DNA from: a virus
Taxonomy: Duplodnaviria; Heunggongvirae; Uroviricota; Caudoviricetes
IMG/VR virus record: IMGVR_UViG_3300036828_000615
Coordinates: 1 to 64,000 of that record
DNA: 64,000 nucleotides
Direction: 5' to 3' (one strand)
The translations under genes and the position numbers were made by a program. Below the pieces are notes generated by a model. That model saw only the letters and a list, made by a program, of their open reading frames with translations. It did not search any database and was not told the DNA's origin. Within the stretch, counting starts at the first letter, position 1; every line of letters begins with the position of its first letter. Shown here one piece after another: positions 35,104-44,773 of this stretch.

Positions 35104-35760
35104 TCATCTCCTTTGTGAGAAGTCCTCGTTGGTGGGCGAGGCACTCTGGTTGTTCTCAATCGTGATCAGCGACTCCTTGAGGTGCCCGCACACCAGGCTG
35201 GAGTCGATCCACACTCCGAAGCCCTGCTCGCGTGCCCGTTTGCAGAACGACAGGTCGTGGCTGATCAGCGGGGGGACGGCTGTGAACATGGGGCCGTCGT
35301 CCCACTTCTCGAACACGCGGCGGTGGATGCTGGTGAACCCGAACCCGACCGAGTCGACCGGGTAGGCGGCGGGCCGCAGCGCCATCTCGCGCACCGCCTC
35401 CGGCGTCAGCGGCCGGTATCCGGCCTGGTCGCTGCATTCCATCCACGCCATCGCGTGATGCGGCGGCCGGTGCCCGAAGTACAGCGGGCCGACGATGTCG
35501 AAGTCGTCGGGGTAGTCGGCGATGGTGCGGAACGCCTGGGGTGGTGCGAGCATGTCGTGCTCGACGATGACCAGGCGGTCCCACTCGCCGAAGTTGCTCA
35601 TCGCGTCGTCGCGCAGGTTCTCCATCGCCTCCTCGACGTAGACGCCGTTGGTGGCGACCCAGCCGATGATGGGTGACTGGTCCATACCCAGCCAGCCGGT
35701 GAAGAACGCCGCCGAAAGATTCTTGTAGAGCGGGAATGCCACGATCAGTTTGCCGGTCAT
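35104..35760 (-). CDS. GT2-like glycosyltransferase (218 aa)
   Basis: ATGA overlap. Motifs LIVAFPLYKN and DRLVIVEHD. Confidence 0.5.
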   Translation of the reverse strand: MTGKLIVAFPLYKNLSAAFFTGWLGMDQSPIIGWVATNGVYVEEAMENLRDDAMSNFGEWDRLVIVEHDMLAPPQAFRTIADYPDDFDIVGPLYFGHRPPHHAMAWMECSDQAGYRPLTPEAVREMALRPAAYPVDSVGFGFTSIHRRVFEKWDDGPMFTAVPPLISHDLSFCKRAREQGFGVWIDSSLVCGHLKESLITIENNQSASPTNEDFSQRR

Positions 35761-36083
35761 GGGGTCGCCTTGGTCAGGTCGTCCCACGACGACACCTCGT
35801 CCCAGGTGGTGTAGTGCCCGCCGTGCTCGATGGTCATCACCCCCCAATCGTGGCTGTTGTCGGCGTCGACGAGATCGGTGCGTACCGCGACGGACAAAGT
35901 GTCCGGGTTCTGTTTGACCGCGCCAGCAATGTACTCCGGTGGTGTCGGCGTTGCCACGGGCGGCGGCGGGGCCGGCATATCCGCTGGCACCTGCGGCATT
36001 GTCGGCGCGGGTTCAACGGGCGGATCGACGTGTTTGGGCACCATCAACGCGGAGATGTCCGGCGGCTCGGCGGCTTGAGACAT
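35757..36083 (-). CDS. Pro-rich hypothetical protein (108 aa)
   Basis: RBS gaaaggtagtcATG. Confidence 0.5.
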   Translation of the reverse strand: MSQAAEPPDISALMVPKHVDPPVEPAPTMPQVPADMPAPPPPVATPTPPEYIAGAVKQNPDTLSVAVRTDLVDADNSHDWGVMTIEHGGHYTTWDEVSSWDDLTKATP

Positions 36084-36099
36084 GACTACCTTTCTGTGC

Positions 36100-36420
36100 T
36101 TAGGCCGGGCTGAAAATCTGCTCATATTCGGTGGCGTCGTAGCGGCGGGCGTTCTCGCCGTCGAACACCACGTAGTCGCCGATGAACACCTGCTGCGCCT
36201 GACCGTTCTTGTAGAGGCTCAGCAGGTAGGCAAGGTCGCCGGGATGCTCCTCGTCGGGGTAGGACAGCCACTCCACCCGGTAGCCGCCCGCGGGCAGTGT
36301 GGCCATCAGGTCGTACACGTCCAGGATGGACGGCGCCGTGGGGTCGTCGATATTGGGCGGGTTGACGTTGATGAGCCACGACGTGTGTGGCGTTGACGGC
36401 ACGACTTGGTTGCTTCCCAT
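36100..36420 (-). CDS. hypothetical protein (106 aa)
   Basis: RBS aagggaaagagATG. Confidence 0.6.
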   Translation of the reverse strand: MGSNQVVPSTPHTSWLINVNPPNIDDPTAPSILDVYDLMATLPAGGYRVEWLSYPDEEHPGDLAYLLSLYKNGQAQQVFIGDYVVFDGENARRYDATEYEQIFSPA

Positions 36421-36429
36421 CTCTTTCCC

Positions 36430-39400
36430 TTACATGTAGGCGCGGATCCAGACTCCACCATCGCCACCCTTACCGCCAGGACCTGCGGCCAGCGCGTTGA
36501 AGTAACCCCAGATACCACCGCCGCCACCGCCGCCCGGAGCGTTCCCGTTGGCGCTGGCGGCGGGTTGTGCTCCACCGCCGTAGTAGATCCCGGCGTAACC
36601 GTCGGCACCCGTCAAGGGCTGGTTACCGGGTGAGAGCCCGGTAGTGGAGCCTGCTGCCGAGGAGCCGCCATTGGCGGTGATGGTGGTGTGCCCGGTCATG
36701 GCCACCTGCGATTGCGCGCCCGCACTGCCGCTGGGAAAGCCACCGCCGCCAGCACCGCCTATCCCGCCCGCGCCGATGGTGACGGTGAAGCTGGTGGTGC
36801 TGGTGGGGATGTCAACGCCATAGACGAGGGTCACCGGCGTCGCCCAGATTCCGGCACCACCGCCGACACCGTTGGACGGACCGCCGCCGCCCTGCCCGCC
36901 CATGCCCGCGCCGACCACCAGGATGTCGAAGTGGTTTCCCGCTTTCATCCACGACGGGACGCTGTAGGTGTAGGAGCCCGCCGCCGCGTACTGCGTCACA
37001 AGTGGTGCATAGGTCGTGGCCGCGGCCGCGCCGGACAGCGCCATCCATGGCACGGTCTGCGACCAGGTGGGGCTGGGGATGCTGCTGGGCGGCGCGGCCG
37101 GTGCCGGGTTGAGCGGGACGGCGACCGAGCCCCAGGACGCCGCCGACGAGAGCGTCGCCGAGATGGTGACGCTCGCCGCCCCCGCCGCGTCACCCATCAC
37201 ACACGAGCCGTAGCTGCTGGCACCGCTGGCGACGTTTTGGCGCTGAGTTTGGTTGTAGGCGCTCAACGTCAGAGACACGTTTGCCTGCACCACGCCGAAC
37301 ATCTGGACGATGCGACCACCTGTCGCACCGCTGGTCACGGTGTGTGACGGCGCTGCCGTTGACCCGTTTGCTGTTTGCGCCGTGCCGAACGACGCGACGT
37401 TCGTGTACGTGTCGACACCGACGCTGAGGTAGGCGGCGTCACTGGCGAGCGGGTTCGGTGTTGCGGTGGTGGTAATGGTCTGTGCCCCGGTGGGCGGGTT
37501 GATCAGCCCATACAGGGCCACGGTAGAGCAGACCCCGCCGACGGGACCGTACTGATACACACCGAGCTGGGCGAGGGTTGTGCTGCCGATCTTGCAGGAA
37601 ATCGTCGGTGCGCTAGTGGTGTTTGCTGCCGTGACGACGGTGACTCCGACGACAAGCGCGGTCGCGGTGGCGGCGATGGTGACATTGGTGTTCTGGGTGG
37701 CTGCCCCCGCGACCGCAACGTTGGTTCCAGCCGGGGCAGCGTCGATGGCGATGGTCCCGGCGCTGATGGCCCGCGTGACGGCGAGTTGCTTCGGGTACGC
37801 GGTGGGGTGGCCCGCGCTGGGCAGCCAGGCGTGGTTGATCCCGGCGAGGCTATAGGTGCCGGTGCCCGCGATGACCACCTCCATGGCGTAGTAGGTGTTC
37901 TGCTGCGCGGTGAGGTAGTTGGCAGCCGGGATCGCGAGGTTGACCCAGGTCGGCGACGATCCACCGAGAGTGATGTTGCCCACGACATTAGGTGACGCGT
38001 ACACCAGGGTCAGCGCCCCGGTGGAGCCGTTCATCGAGTAAATGTTGTAGTAGACGCCGGTGATGGTGGCCGGACCGTAACCCAGCCACTCCACGCTCTG
38101 CTTGACCCCGGCATCGGGGGTGCCGATGATTCCCATCGCGCTCTGGGCGGCGGTGACCGAGACGGTGGTGGCCGACGACGAGCCGCTAATGCTGGACAGC
38201 GGAAACACCGAATCGGCGGTGGGGTCGATCGCGTTGTAGGACGGCTTGGTCACCGCCCGGTTGTTCAAGCTGGTCTGGTTGGTGCCGGTGGTACCCGCGA
38301 CCGAGTTGGTGGGCGGCGTGGTCTGATTGCCGAAGTTGAACCCGAGGTAACCCATCGCCTGGTTGAACACCGACGCAAGCTGGCCGACCGCGTTGCCGCT
38401 GCCGGTACCACCCGTGACGCCCTGGATGGTCTTGTCGACAGTGGACTGAAACGCCGTGGTCACGTCGGTCAGCACGCCACCGATAGGGCTCTGCACATTA
38501 AGCCCAGGGATGAAGCTCCCCAGGGTGGGCTGGCTGTAGATCCTGGTCATCATGTCCTGCAGCCCGGCGAACAGGGAGCTGACCGGGTTGCCGGTGTTGG
38601 TACTACTGGCTGGGGTGCCGTTGATCGGGATGGCTATGCCGCCCCACAGGCTCGACGTGGTGCAGGAGAAGTTGACGCTGGCCGCGCCGGGTGCGTCGCC
38701 GATCACCAGCGGAAGCCCGGCCCCGGCGGTGAACGGCTGGTTGGACCGCTGCGTCTGATTGAACCCGGTGAGGTTGGTCGCGTATCCGCCGAACGCCGCC
38801 ACCACCCGGTCGTAGGAATTGGTGCCGCTCACCGTCAGGGACGGCGTGGTGTTGGTTGAACTGAAGGCGGTGACGGGAGTGCCGAACGACACCGCGCTGC
38901 TGAAGGACTCGGAGTTGATGGACATCGCTACAGAGTTCGATGCCGACGCATAGATCTGCTGGACTCCGGTGGGTGCGTTCTGCAGGACGAACGCAAAGAG
39001 GTAGAGGACGGGCGCCGAAGAATAGCTCACAGAGGCGACTTGCGTCATCAGCGGGCCGGACGACCCACCGATCCTCACGGTGAGAGTGCCTGGCGTATCG
39101 TACGTCGACACGAACACCACGGCGTTCGGGCCGGTGATGGTGTGGTTCTCGGTGACGACCGTGCTACTTAATTGGACACCGGCACCGACCGCGTCGAAAA
39201 CCACCGGAATAGCCGGTCTGCTCGCCCCGTACAGACCTTGGCTGAACAGGTCGGTGAGTGACTGGGCGTGGGTTTCCTCCACGCAGCGGACGTCGTCTAA
39301 GTAGTAGGTTTGGGCACCGGCATTCTGGCCGGAGAATCCGACTATGCCGCACGCTATATCGTATCCAGGGGGAATCTGCACCCACCCGGACATCTTCATC

Positions 39401-42400
39401 CACCCGGTTGTGGAAATCGCCGTAAAATTGACCGACTGCGCCCAGATGCTCGTTTGGACAGATCCGCCGGAGGCGTAATTAACGACGAAAACTCCGAGAT
39501 AGGCGCCTCCAGTCGTTGTGGTGTTGGTGGATTTGGCCCTGATGTACAGCTCGATGTTGAACCATTGTCCCGGCTGGCATCTCGTCATCGCGTCATAAAG
39601 CTGTGTTGTGACGGGGGTGGTGGGCGCAAAGAACACAACGTCGTACTGGGTGGATACGTCCGTGGAGGTCTGGACGGAATACGAATGAGTCCCGCTGTGT
39701 GCCTGGGCGGTCGTGTAGCCGAACGCCGCATCGACAGGGGTTCCGTAGCTGCCGGTGAAGCGCGTGACCGTGGTGTCCTCGAAGTCCGGGGAGAGCACCA
39801 GGTTGGTTCCGGAAGCCCTTGCGGCCTGCCACAGCGTCTGCGGCAGCAAGCCCGGCGACATCGCGTTGGCGAATGTGCCGGTGATGATCTTGGTGGCGTC
39901 CAGGCCGGGGATCCAGTTGGCGTTGGTGATGGCGTCGGTCAGCCTGCTGCCGCTCAAGCCACCCAGCCATGTCGAGGTCAGGGCCGGGATGATGTTCTGG
40001 TCGGTGATGGCCCCGGTCAGCCGGGTGCTATGGATGGTGTTGGTCCACGCGGAGGTGAGGGTTGGTATCCAGTTCTGGTTGGTGATGGCGCTGGACAGTT
40101 GGCTGCCCGCCAATGTCGCGGTGGTGATGGCGTTACGCAGCAACCCGCCGTCGACAGTGTTCACCCACGCCGACGTGAGGGCGGGGATGAAGTTCTGATT
40201 CGTGATCGCGGACGTGAGCTGGCTGCCCGCGATGCCGACGGCGACGTTGATGGCACCGGTCAGTAGGCTCCCATGGATGGTTCCGCCCCAGGTAGAGGTG
40301 AGCGCCGGTATCCAGTTCTGATTGGTGATGGCCGAGCCCAGTAGGTTGCCGGCGATCGTCTTGCCCCATGCCGAGGTCAAGGCCGGGATGACCGTCTGAT
40401 CGGTGATGGCACCGACGAGCTTGCTGGCGTGGAAGCTGTTGACCCAGGTGCTGGTCAGCGCCGGAATGATGTTTTGATCCGTGATGGCACCCAGCAGTTT
40501 CGCGCCGCTCAAGGTGCCCACCCACGTCGAGGTGAGCGCGGGAATGACGTTCTGGTCGGTGATCGCCCCGAACAGTTTGGACGCGTGAAGGGAGTTGACC
40601 CACGTGCTGGTCAGGGCCGGGATCACGTTCTGGTCCGTGATCGCGCCGACAAGCTTGGAGGCGTGGAATGTGTTGATCCAGGTCGAGGTCAGCGCGGGAA
40701 TGATGTTCTGATCGGTGATAGCCCCGGTCAGCCGCCAGCCGTGAATGGTTCCCGTCCAGGCGCTTGTCAGGGCCGGGATGATGTTCTGATCTGTGATGAG
40801 GCCCAGCAGCTTGCTGCCACTGAGAGTGCCCAGCCAGGTGGACGTCAAGGCCGGGATTACGTTCTGGTCGGTGATCGCGCCGACGAGCTTGGAAGCGTGA
40901 AAACTGTTGATCCATGTGCTGGTCAGCGCCGGGATGATGTTCTGGTCGGTGATGGCCCCAGTGAGCCGCCAGCCGTGGATGGTGCCGGTCCAGGCCGAGG
41001 TGAGCGCGGGGATGATGTTCTGATCGGTGATGAGACCGAGCAGCTTGCTGCCACTGAGGGTTCCGAGCCATGTCGACGTCAGCGCCGGTATGACGTTTTG
41101 GTCAGTGATGGCTCCGAACAACTTGGAGGCGTGTAGCGAGTTCACCCAGGTTGATGTCAGGGCGGGGATCACGTTCTGATCCGTGATCGCCCCGACGAGC
41201 TTGGAGGCGTGGAAGCTGTTGATCCACGTCGAGGTCAGCGCCGGAATGATGTTTTGATCGGTAATGGCCCCGGTCAAGCGCCACCCGTGGATCGTGCCCA
41301 GCCACGCGGACGTGAGAGCCGGGATCACGTTCTGATCCGTGATGAGACCCAGCAGCTTGCTGCCGCTCAGAGTGCCCAGCCACGTGCTGGTCAACGCGGG
41401 GATGACATTCTGATCGGTGATCGCACCGAACAGCTTGGAGGCGTGCAACGAGTTGACCCAGGTCGAGGTAAGCGCGGGAATGATGTTCTGATCGGTGATA
41501 GCCCCGGTTAGTCGCCACCCATGAATGGTCCCCAGCCACGCAGAGGTGAGGCTGGGGATGATGTTCTGGTCCGTGATCAGGCCGAACAGCTTGGACGAGT
41601 GAATCGAGTTGACCCATGTGCTGGTCAGGGCCGGGATGATGTTCTGATCGGTGATGGCGCCCAGGAGCCTGCTGCCGTGCAACGTCCCGAGCCATGAGGA
41701 CGTCAGGGCCGGGATGTGCAGCTGGTCGATGAGCTTGGTGATCGGGTCCATCGGGGCCAGCAGGTTGGCCGGATGAAGCATGTTGGTGATGAACGTGTTG
41801 ATCGCGGTCGTCACATCGAACGCGACATCGGAAAGGGTTGGCAGGCCCAGCATCGCGGTCAGGTTGCTGAAGTAAACGCTGGGGTCCAGCATGTTGTTGA
41901 CGAAGTTGTTGATCGCGTTCTCGATATCGAACGAGACATCTGCCAACGTGGGCAAGCCCAGCATCTCGGTGAGATTGTGGAAGAACGTGTCCAGCTGGGT
42001 GACGTTGAGGATGCCGCCCAGGCCGACCGAGTTGAGGATGGCCTGCAGGATGTCCTGCTGCGCCGAGGTGTCGATCACCGCGATGTCGTCGATGTAGACG
42101 ATGTCGCCGGTGGGGATGTCGCTCTCGAAGCGCAGGACGAAGTCGGCACTGTCGTAGTTGTAGGTGCTGGGCACGGTGACCTTGCCGCGCATCCAGGTCC
42201 ACTGGCCCGGTGTGGGCATCGTGATACGGGTGGCGCTCACCTCGGAGCTGGGGTCGGAGCCGCTGGACTCGGTGGCGATCATCACCAGGTCGAGATGCCC
42301 GGTGCCGGCGGTGGTGGTGGCCGTGTCGGGCCAGACGAACGCCTCGACGTCGAAGGTCTGCCCGGACTTCACGTACTGGGTCAGCGGACCCACCTGGTTG

Positions 42401-43251
42401 CGCAGCAGATGCCCGTCGCGGGTGGTGCCGTCCGCGGTGATCTTCATCGAGTGCGTGCCGGTGCGCGCGTGGTCGGTGGACTGCGTGCCCATGATCGCGC
42501 CGGGCCACACCAGCGTCGTCTCGAAGCTGGGGTCGAGCACCAGGTTCAGGCCGGTCCGCCAGTGCAGCATGAACATGTCGAAGCCGGTCAGCAGGTTCGT
42601 CGGCATCAGTTGGTGCTCAATGAAATTGATGATCGACGCGCCCGCATCAGTGAGGTCGGACAGCCAACCGGACGGGTTACCCAGGAAGGCGTAGAAGAAC
42701 CCGAACAGCTTCTGCACTTCGTCGTAGGATGCGGTCCCCGCCCCGAAGCCAAACGCGTTCATGATCGCGTCGATCAGGGACTGGACTGCTTCGGTCCCCC
42801 CGGCGATCAGGTCCAGCGCCAGGTTCTCCAGCGGGATGAACCCGGTCACGCCGCCGGAGTGGGTGGCGTCGGATACCAGTGTCGCCAGCAGGTTGCTCGG
42901 CTTGAGCATGTCCTCGATGAAGGTGACGATCGCGCCCACCGGATCGAAGTTCGGGTCCAGCGGGTTGAGTTCACCCAGGAATGTCCACAGGTTGGAGAAC
43001 ATCGAGGTGAGCTTGCTCCAGTCGGCGTTGAGCGTGGTGATGTCCACGCCGGGGAACAGGCTGCCGATGATCTTATCCACGATCGCCTGCAGCGCGTCCC
43101 AGATGACCTGGGCGGTGTTCTTGCCCAGCTTGCCGATGACGTCTTCGACACCCTGGTCGATCTGCTGGAGTGGATTCTTGTCGACCTTGAACAGGTTGGT
43201 GCCGGTCGCCGGGACTTGCCCGGAGAACAGGTCGATCGCGCCGAAGGCCAT
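36430..43251 (-). CDS. giant minor tail protein (2273 aa): about 23 tandem 26-aa repeats, CBM-like modules, Gly-rich C-terminus
   Basis: Repeat ITDQNIIPALTSTWVNSxHASKLFGA. N-terminal repeats of type F(I/V)xxML.P.NLL. C-terminal GGGGPSNGVGGGAG...GGGGGGGIWGYF. Confidence 0.85.
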   Translation of the reverse strand: MAFGAIDLFSGQVPATGTNLFKVDKNPLQQIDQGVEDVIGKLGKNTAQVIWDALQAIVDKIIGSLFPGVDITTLNADWSKLTSMFSNLWTFLGELNPLDPNFDPVGAIVTFIEDMLKPSNLLATLVSDATHSGGVTGFIPLENLALDLIAGGTEAVQSLIDAIMNAFGFGAGTASYDEVQKLFGFFYAFLGNPSGWLSDLTDAGASIINFIEHQLMPTNLLTGFDMFMLHWRTGLNLVLDPSFETTLVWPGAIMGTQSTDHARTGTHSMKITADGTTRDGHLLRNQVGPLTQYVKSGQTFDVEAFVWPDTATTTAGTGHLDLVMIATESSGSDPSSEVSATRITMPTPGQWTWMRGKVTVPSTYNYDSADFVLRFESDIPTGDIVYIDDIAVIDTSAQQDILQAILNSVGLGGILNVTQLDTFFHNLTEMLGLPTLADVSFDIENAINNFVNNMLDPSVYFSNLTAMLGLPTLSDVAFDVTTAINTFITNMLHPANLLAPMDPITKLIDQLHIPALTSSWLGTLHGSRLLGAITDQNIIPALTSTWVNSIHSSKLFGLITDQNIIPSLTSAWLGTIHGWRLTGAITDQNIIPALTSTWVNSLHASKLFGAITDQNVIPALTSTWLGTLSGSKLLGLITDQNVIPALTSAWLGTIHGWRLTGAITDQNIIPALTSTWINSFHASKLVGAITDQNVIPALTSTWVNSLHASKLFGAITDQNVIPALTSTWLGTLSGSKLLGLITDQNIIPALTSAWTGTIHGWRLTGAITDQNIIPALTSTWINSFHASKLVGAITDQNVIPALTSTWLGTLSGSKLLGLITDQNIIPALTSAWTGTIHGWRLTGAITDQNIIPALTSTWINTFHASKLVGAITDQNVIPALTSTWVNSLHASKLFGAITDQNVIPALTSTWVGTLSGAKLLGAITDQNIIPALTSTWVNSFHASKLVGAITDQTVIPALTSAWGKTIAGNLLGSAITNQNWIPALTSTWGGTIHGSLLTGAINVAVGIAGSQLTSAITNQNFIPALTSAWVNTVDGGLLRNAITTATLAGSQLSSAITNQNWIPTLTSAWTNTIHSTRLTGAITDQNIIPALTSTWLGGLSGSRLTDAITNANWIPGLDATKIITGTFANAMSPGLLPQTLWQAARASGTNLVLSPDFEDTTVTRFTGSYGTPVDAAFGYTTAQAHSGTHSYSVQTSTDVSTQYDVVFFAPTTPVTTQLYDAMTRCQPGQWFNIELYIRAKSTNTTTTGGAYLGVFVVNYASGGSVQTSIWAQSVNFTAISTTGWMKMSGWVQIPPGYDIACGIVGFSGQNAGAQTYYLDDVRCVEETHAQSLTDLFSQGLYGASRPAIPVVFDAVGAGVQLSSTVVTENHTITGPNAVVFVSTYDTPGTLTVRIGGSSGPLMTQVASVSYSSAPVLYLFAFVLQNAPTGVQQIYASASNSVAMSINSESFSSAVSFGTPVTAFSSTNTTPSLTVSGTNSYDRVVAAFGGYATNLTGFNQTQRSNQPFTAGAGLPLVIGDAPGAASVNFSCTTSSLWGGIAIPINGTPASSTNTGNPVSSLFAGLQDMMTRIYSQPTLGSFIPGLNVQSPIGGVLTDVTTAFQSTVDKTIQGVTGGTGSGNAVGQLASVFNQAMGYLGFNFGNQTTPPTNSVAGTTGTNQTSLNNRAVTKPSYNAIDPTADSVFPLSSISGSSSATTVSVTAAQSAMGIIGTPDAGVKQSVEWLGYGPATITGVYYNIYSMNGSTGALTLVYASPNVVGNITLGGSSPTWVNLAIPAANYLTAQQNTYYAMEVVIAGTGTYSLAGINHAWLPSAGHPTAYPKQLAVTRAISAGTIAIDAAPAGTNVAVAGAATQNTNVTIAATATALVVGVTVVTAANTTSAPTISCKIGSTTLAQLGVYQYGPVGGVCSTVALYGLINPPTGAQTITTTATPNPLASDAAYLSVGVDTYTNVASFGTAQTANGSTAAPSHTVTSGATGGRIVQMFGVVQANVSLTLSAYNQTQRQNVASGASSYGSCVMGDAAGAASVTISATLSSAASWGSVAVPLNPAPAAPPSSIPSPTWSQTVPWMALSGAAAATTYAPLVTQYAAAGSYTYSVPSWMKAGNHFDILVVGAGMGGQGGGGPSNGVGGGAGIWATPVTLVYGVDIPTSTTSFTVTIGAGGIGGAGGGGFPSGSAGAQSQVAMTGHTTITANGGSSAAGSTTGLSPGNQPLTGADGYAGIYYGGGAQPAASANGNAPGGGGGGGIWGYFNALAAGPGGKGGDGGVWIRAYM
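39900..41725. repeat. 78-bp tandem coding repeats with higher-order (3-unit) organisation
   Basis: At least 22 near-identical 78-bp units encoding the 26-aa repeat. Three sub-types recur in order: VNSLHASKLFG / LGTLSGSKLLG / LGTIHGWRLTG. Confidence 0.85.
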
Positions 43252-43254
43252 GTC

Positions 43255-44763
43255 TCAGACCTCGGCGAGCCGCCGGGTCGCCGCAGCGGGCGCGAACGTG
43301 CTCGGTTCGCTGACCGGGGTGACCTGTACGAACACCTGTGCGTCGGTCGGGTTGAACTGGTATAAACCTATAGCCCCATCGTTATAGAGATTGACGTAGA
43401 TCACGGCCGCGGTGTTGAGCGGCACCACCGCCATGCCGTTGGTCGGGTTCAGCGCATCCGACGGGCTGTTCGGCGTGGAGTAGTGCGGCATGATGTTGAC
43501 CTCGCCCAGCGTGTTACCGAAGCCCCGCGCGATGAGCTGGCCGGCGGTCGGGTCGTTGAGCAGGATCTCGCAGCCGACGGTCAGCGGATTGGGTGTCAGC
43601 TCCACTCCGAACGCACCGACGTGGCCCCAGCAGATCGGGGTGTAGGGGAACGGCTGCGGCGGGATCTGGAACGAACCGATCGCCGCGCGCTGGCTGATGC
43701 CCGAGAACGAGGTGAAGGCGTTCTCGGGCATCGAGTACGGCGAGGGGATCAGCTGGCTGATGCTCACCGGCACCCACAGCGGATAGGTGACCAGGGCGCC
43801 GCCCGAAGACGGCGGGCTGGCGGAAACGCCGGCCCCGCCGGTGTCGGTGAAGTTCGTCGTCGAGCCGCTCGACACCGCGCCCGCCCGGGTGGTGTAGGTG
43901 CCCGGGGTGGTGGTGCGGTAGATGTGATAACCCGTCGCCGAGGGGACGGGGTTCCACGAGAGCACTCCCGAGCCGTTGGTTCCCGACGTGGTGATCGACA
44001 CCGCCGCGCCGGGGATGGACTCGCCGGCCGGGCTGATGGTGGTCACCACGTACTCGTAGGTGTTGGCCGCCAGCGAGCCTCCGGTCGAGGAGGCCACCGC
44101 CGTGAGCCCCGAGGGCGGTGCCAGTCCCAGGCTCACCGTGCGTCCGGTGTAGCCCAGCACGTCGCCGGGTTCGGGCGGGTTGGTCGTCAGGTCCACATCC
44201 GGGCAGCTGTAGAGCGCGGCGGACGGACCGACCGGGCCCAGCGGGATCGCCAGGTCCATGTGCCAGGTGGGTTCCAGCGGAGTGCCGCCGGTGATGACAT
44301 CACTGGAGGAATCCGGCGGGATCACCGCGACGGTGGGGGTGATGATCGGGCACGGCCCAGGCGGGCCGGGGCTGCCCAGCATGACCCGGCGCCAGCTCGA
44401 TCCGTACCAGACGTAGGCGCTCGCGCCGATGATGGCGCCGCTGGCCGCCACGTCGTCCATCAGCCAGAACTTGCCGATGTCGGCGACGGTGTTGCCCAGC
44501 GTCTCGGGCAGCTCGCTGGGGGTGTCGATGGTCATGTCGGTCTGCAGCCGCAGCGCGAACGCGGCCGGGCCGGGCGGCCCCTGACCGCCCACCACCGCGG
44601 GCATCACCATCGCGCCGATGTCGGAGTAGATCTCGTAGGTCGCCCCGAACGGGGAGGTGGACTCCGGTGGGATGACCGACCCGAACAGGTAGGTGCCGAC
44701 CAGGTAGGACGCCAGGTAACTCTCGTCGGCGCCGGCCGGGACGGTGGGGACAGACGTGGTCAT
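43255..44763 (-). CDS. minor tail protein (502 aa), paralogue of the next gene
   Basis: Shares IPPQPFPYTPICWGHVGAFGVELTPNPLTVGCEILLNDP...GEVNIMPHYST with gp44774. Contains GPPGP motifs. Confidence 0.8.
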   Translation of the reverse strand: MTTSVPTVPAGADESYLASYLVGTYLFGSVIPPESTSPFGATYEIYSDIGAMVMPAVVGGQGPPGPAAFALRLQTDMTIDTPSELPETLGNTVADIGKFWLMDDVAASGAIIGASAYVWYGSSWRRVMLGSPGPPGPCPIITPTVAVIPPDSSSDVITGGTPLEPTWHMDLAIPLGPVGPSAALYSCPDVDLTTNPPEPGDVLGYTGRTVSLGLAPPSGLTAVASSTGGSLAANTYEYVVTTISPAGESIPGAAVSITTSGTNGSGVLSWNPVPSATGYHIYRTTTPGTYTTRAGAVSSGSTTNFTDTGGAGVSASPPSSGGALVTYPLWVPVSISQLIPSPYSMPENAFTSFSGISQRAAIGSFQIPPQPFPYTPICWGHVGAFGVELTPNPLTVGCEILLNDPTAGQLIARGFGNTLGEVNIMPHYSTPNSPSDALNPTNGMAVVPLNTAAVIYVNLYNDGAIGLYQFNPTDAQVFVQVTPVSEPSTFAPAAATRRLAEV

Positions 44764-44773
44764 GACAGTCTCC

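Noticed and set aside
39900-41725. CRISPR array or non-coding satellite (regular 78-bp repeats)
   Set aside because: The repeats lie in one continuous ORF with no unique spacers. They encode a 26-aa protein repeat of a tail protein.
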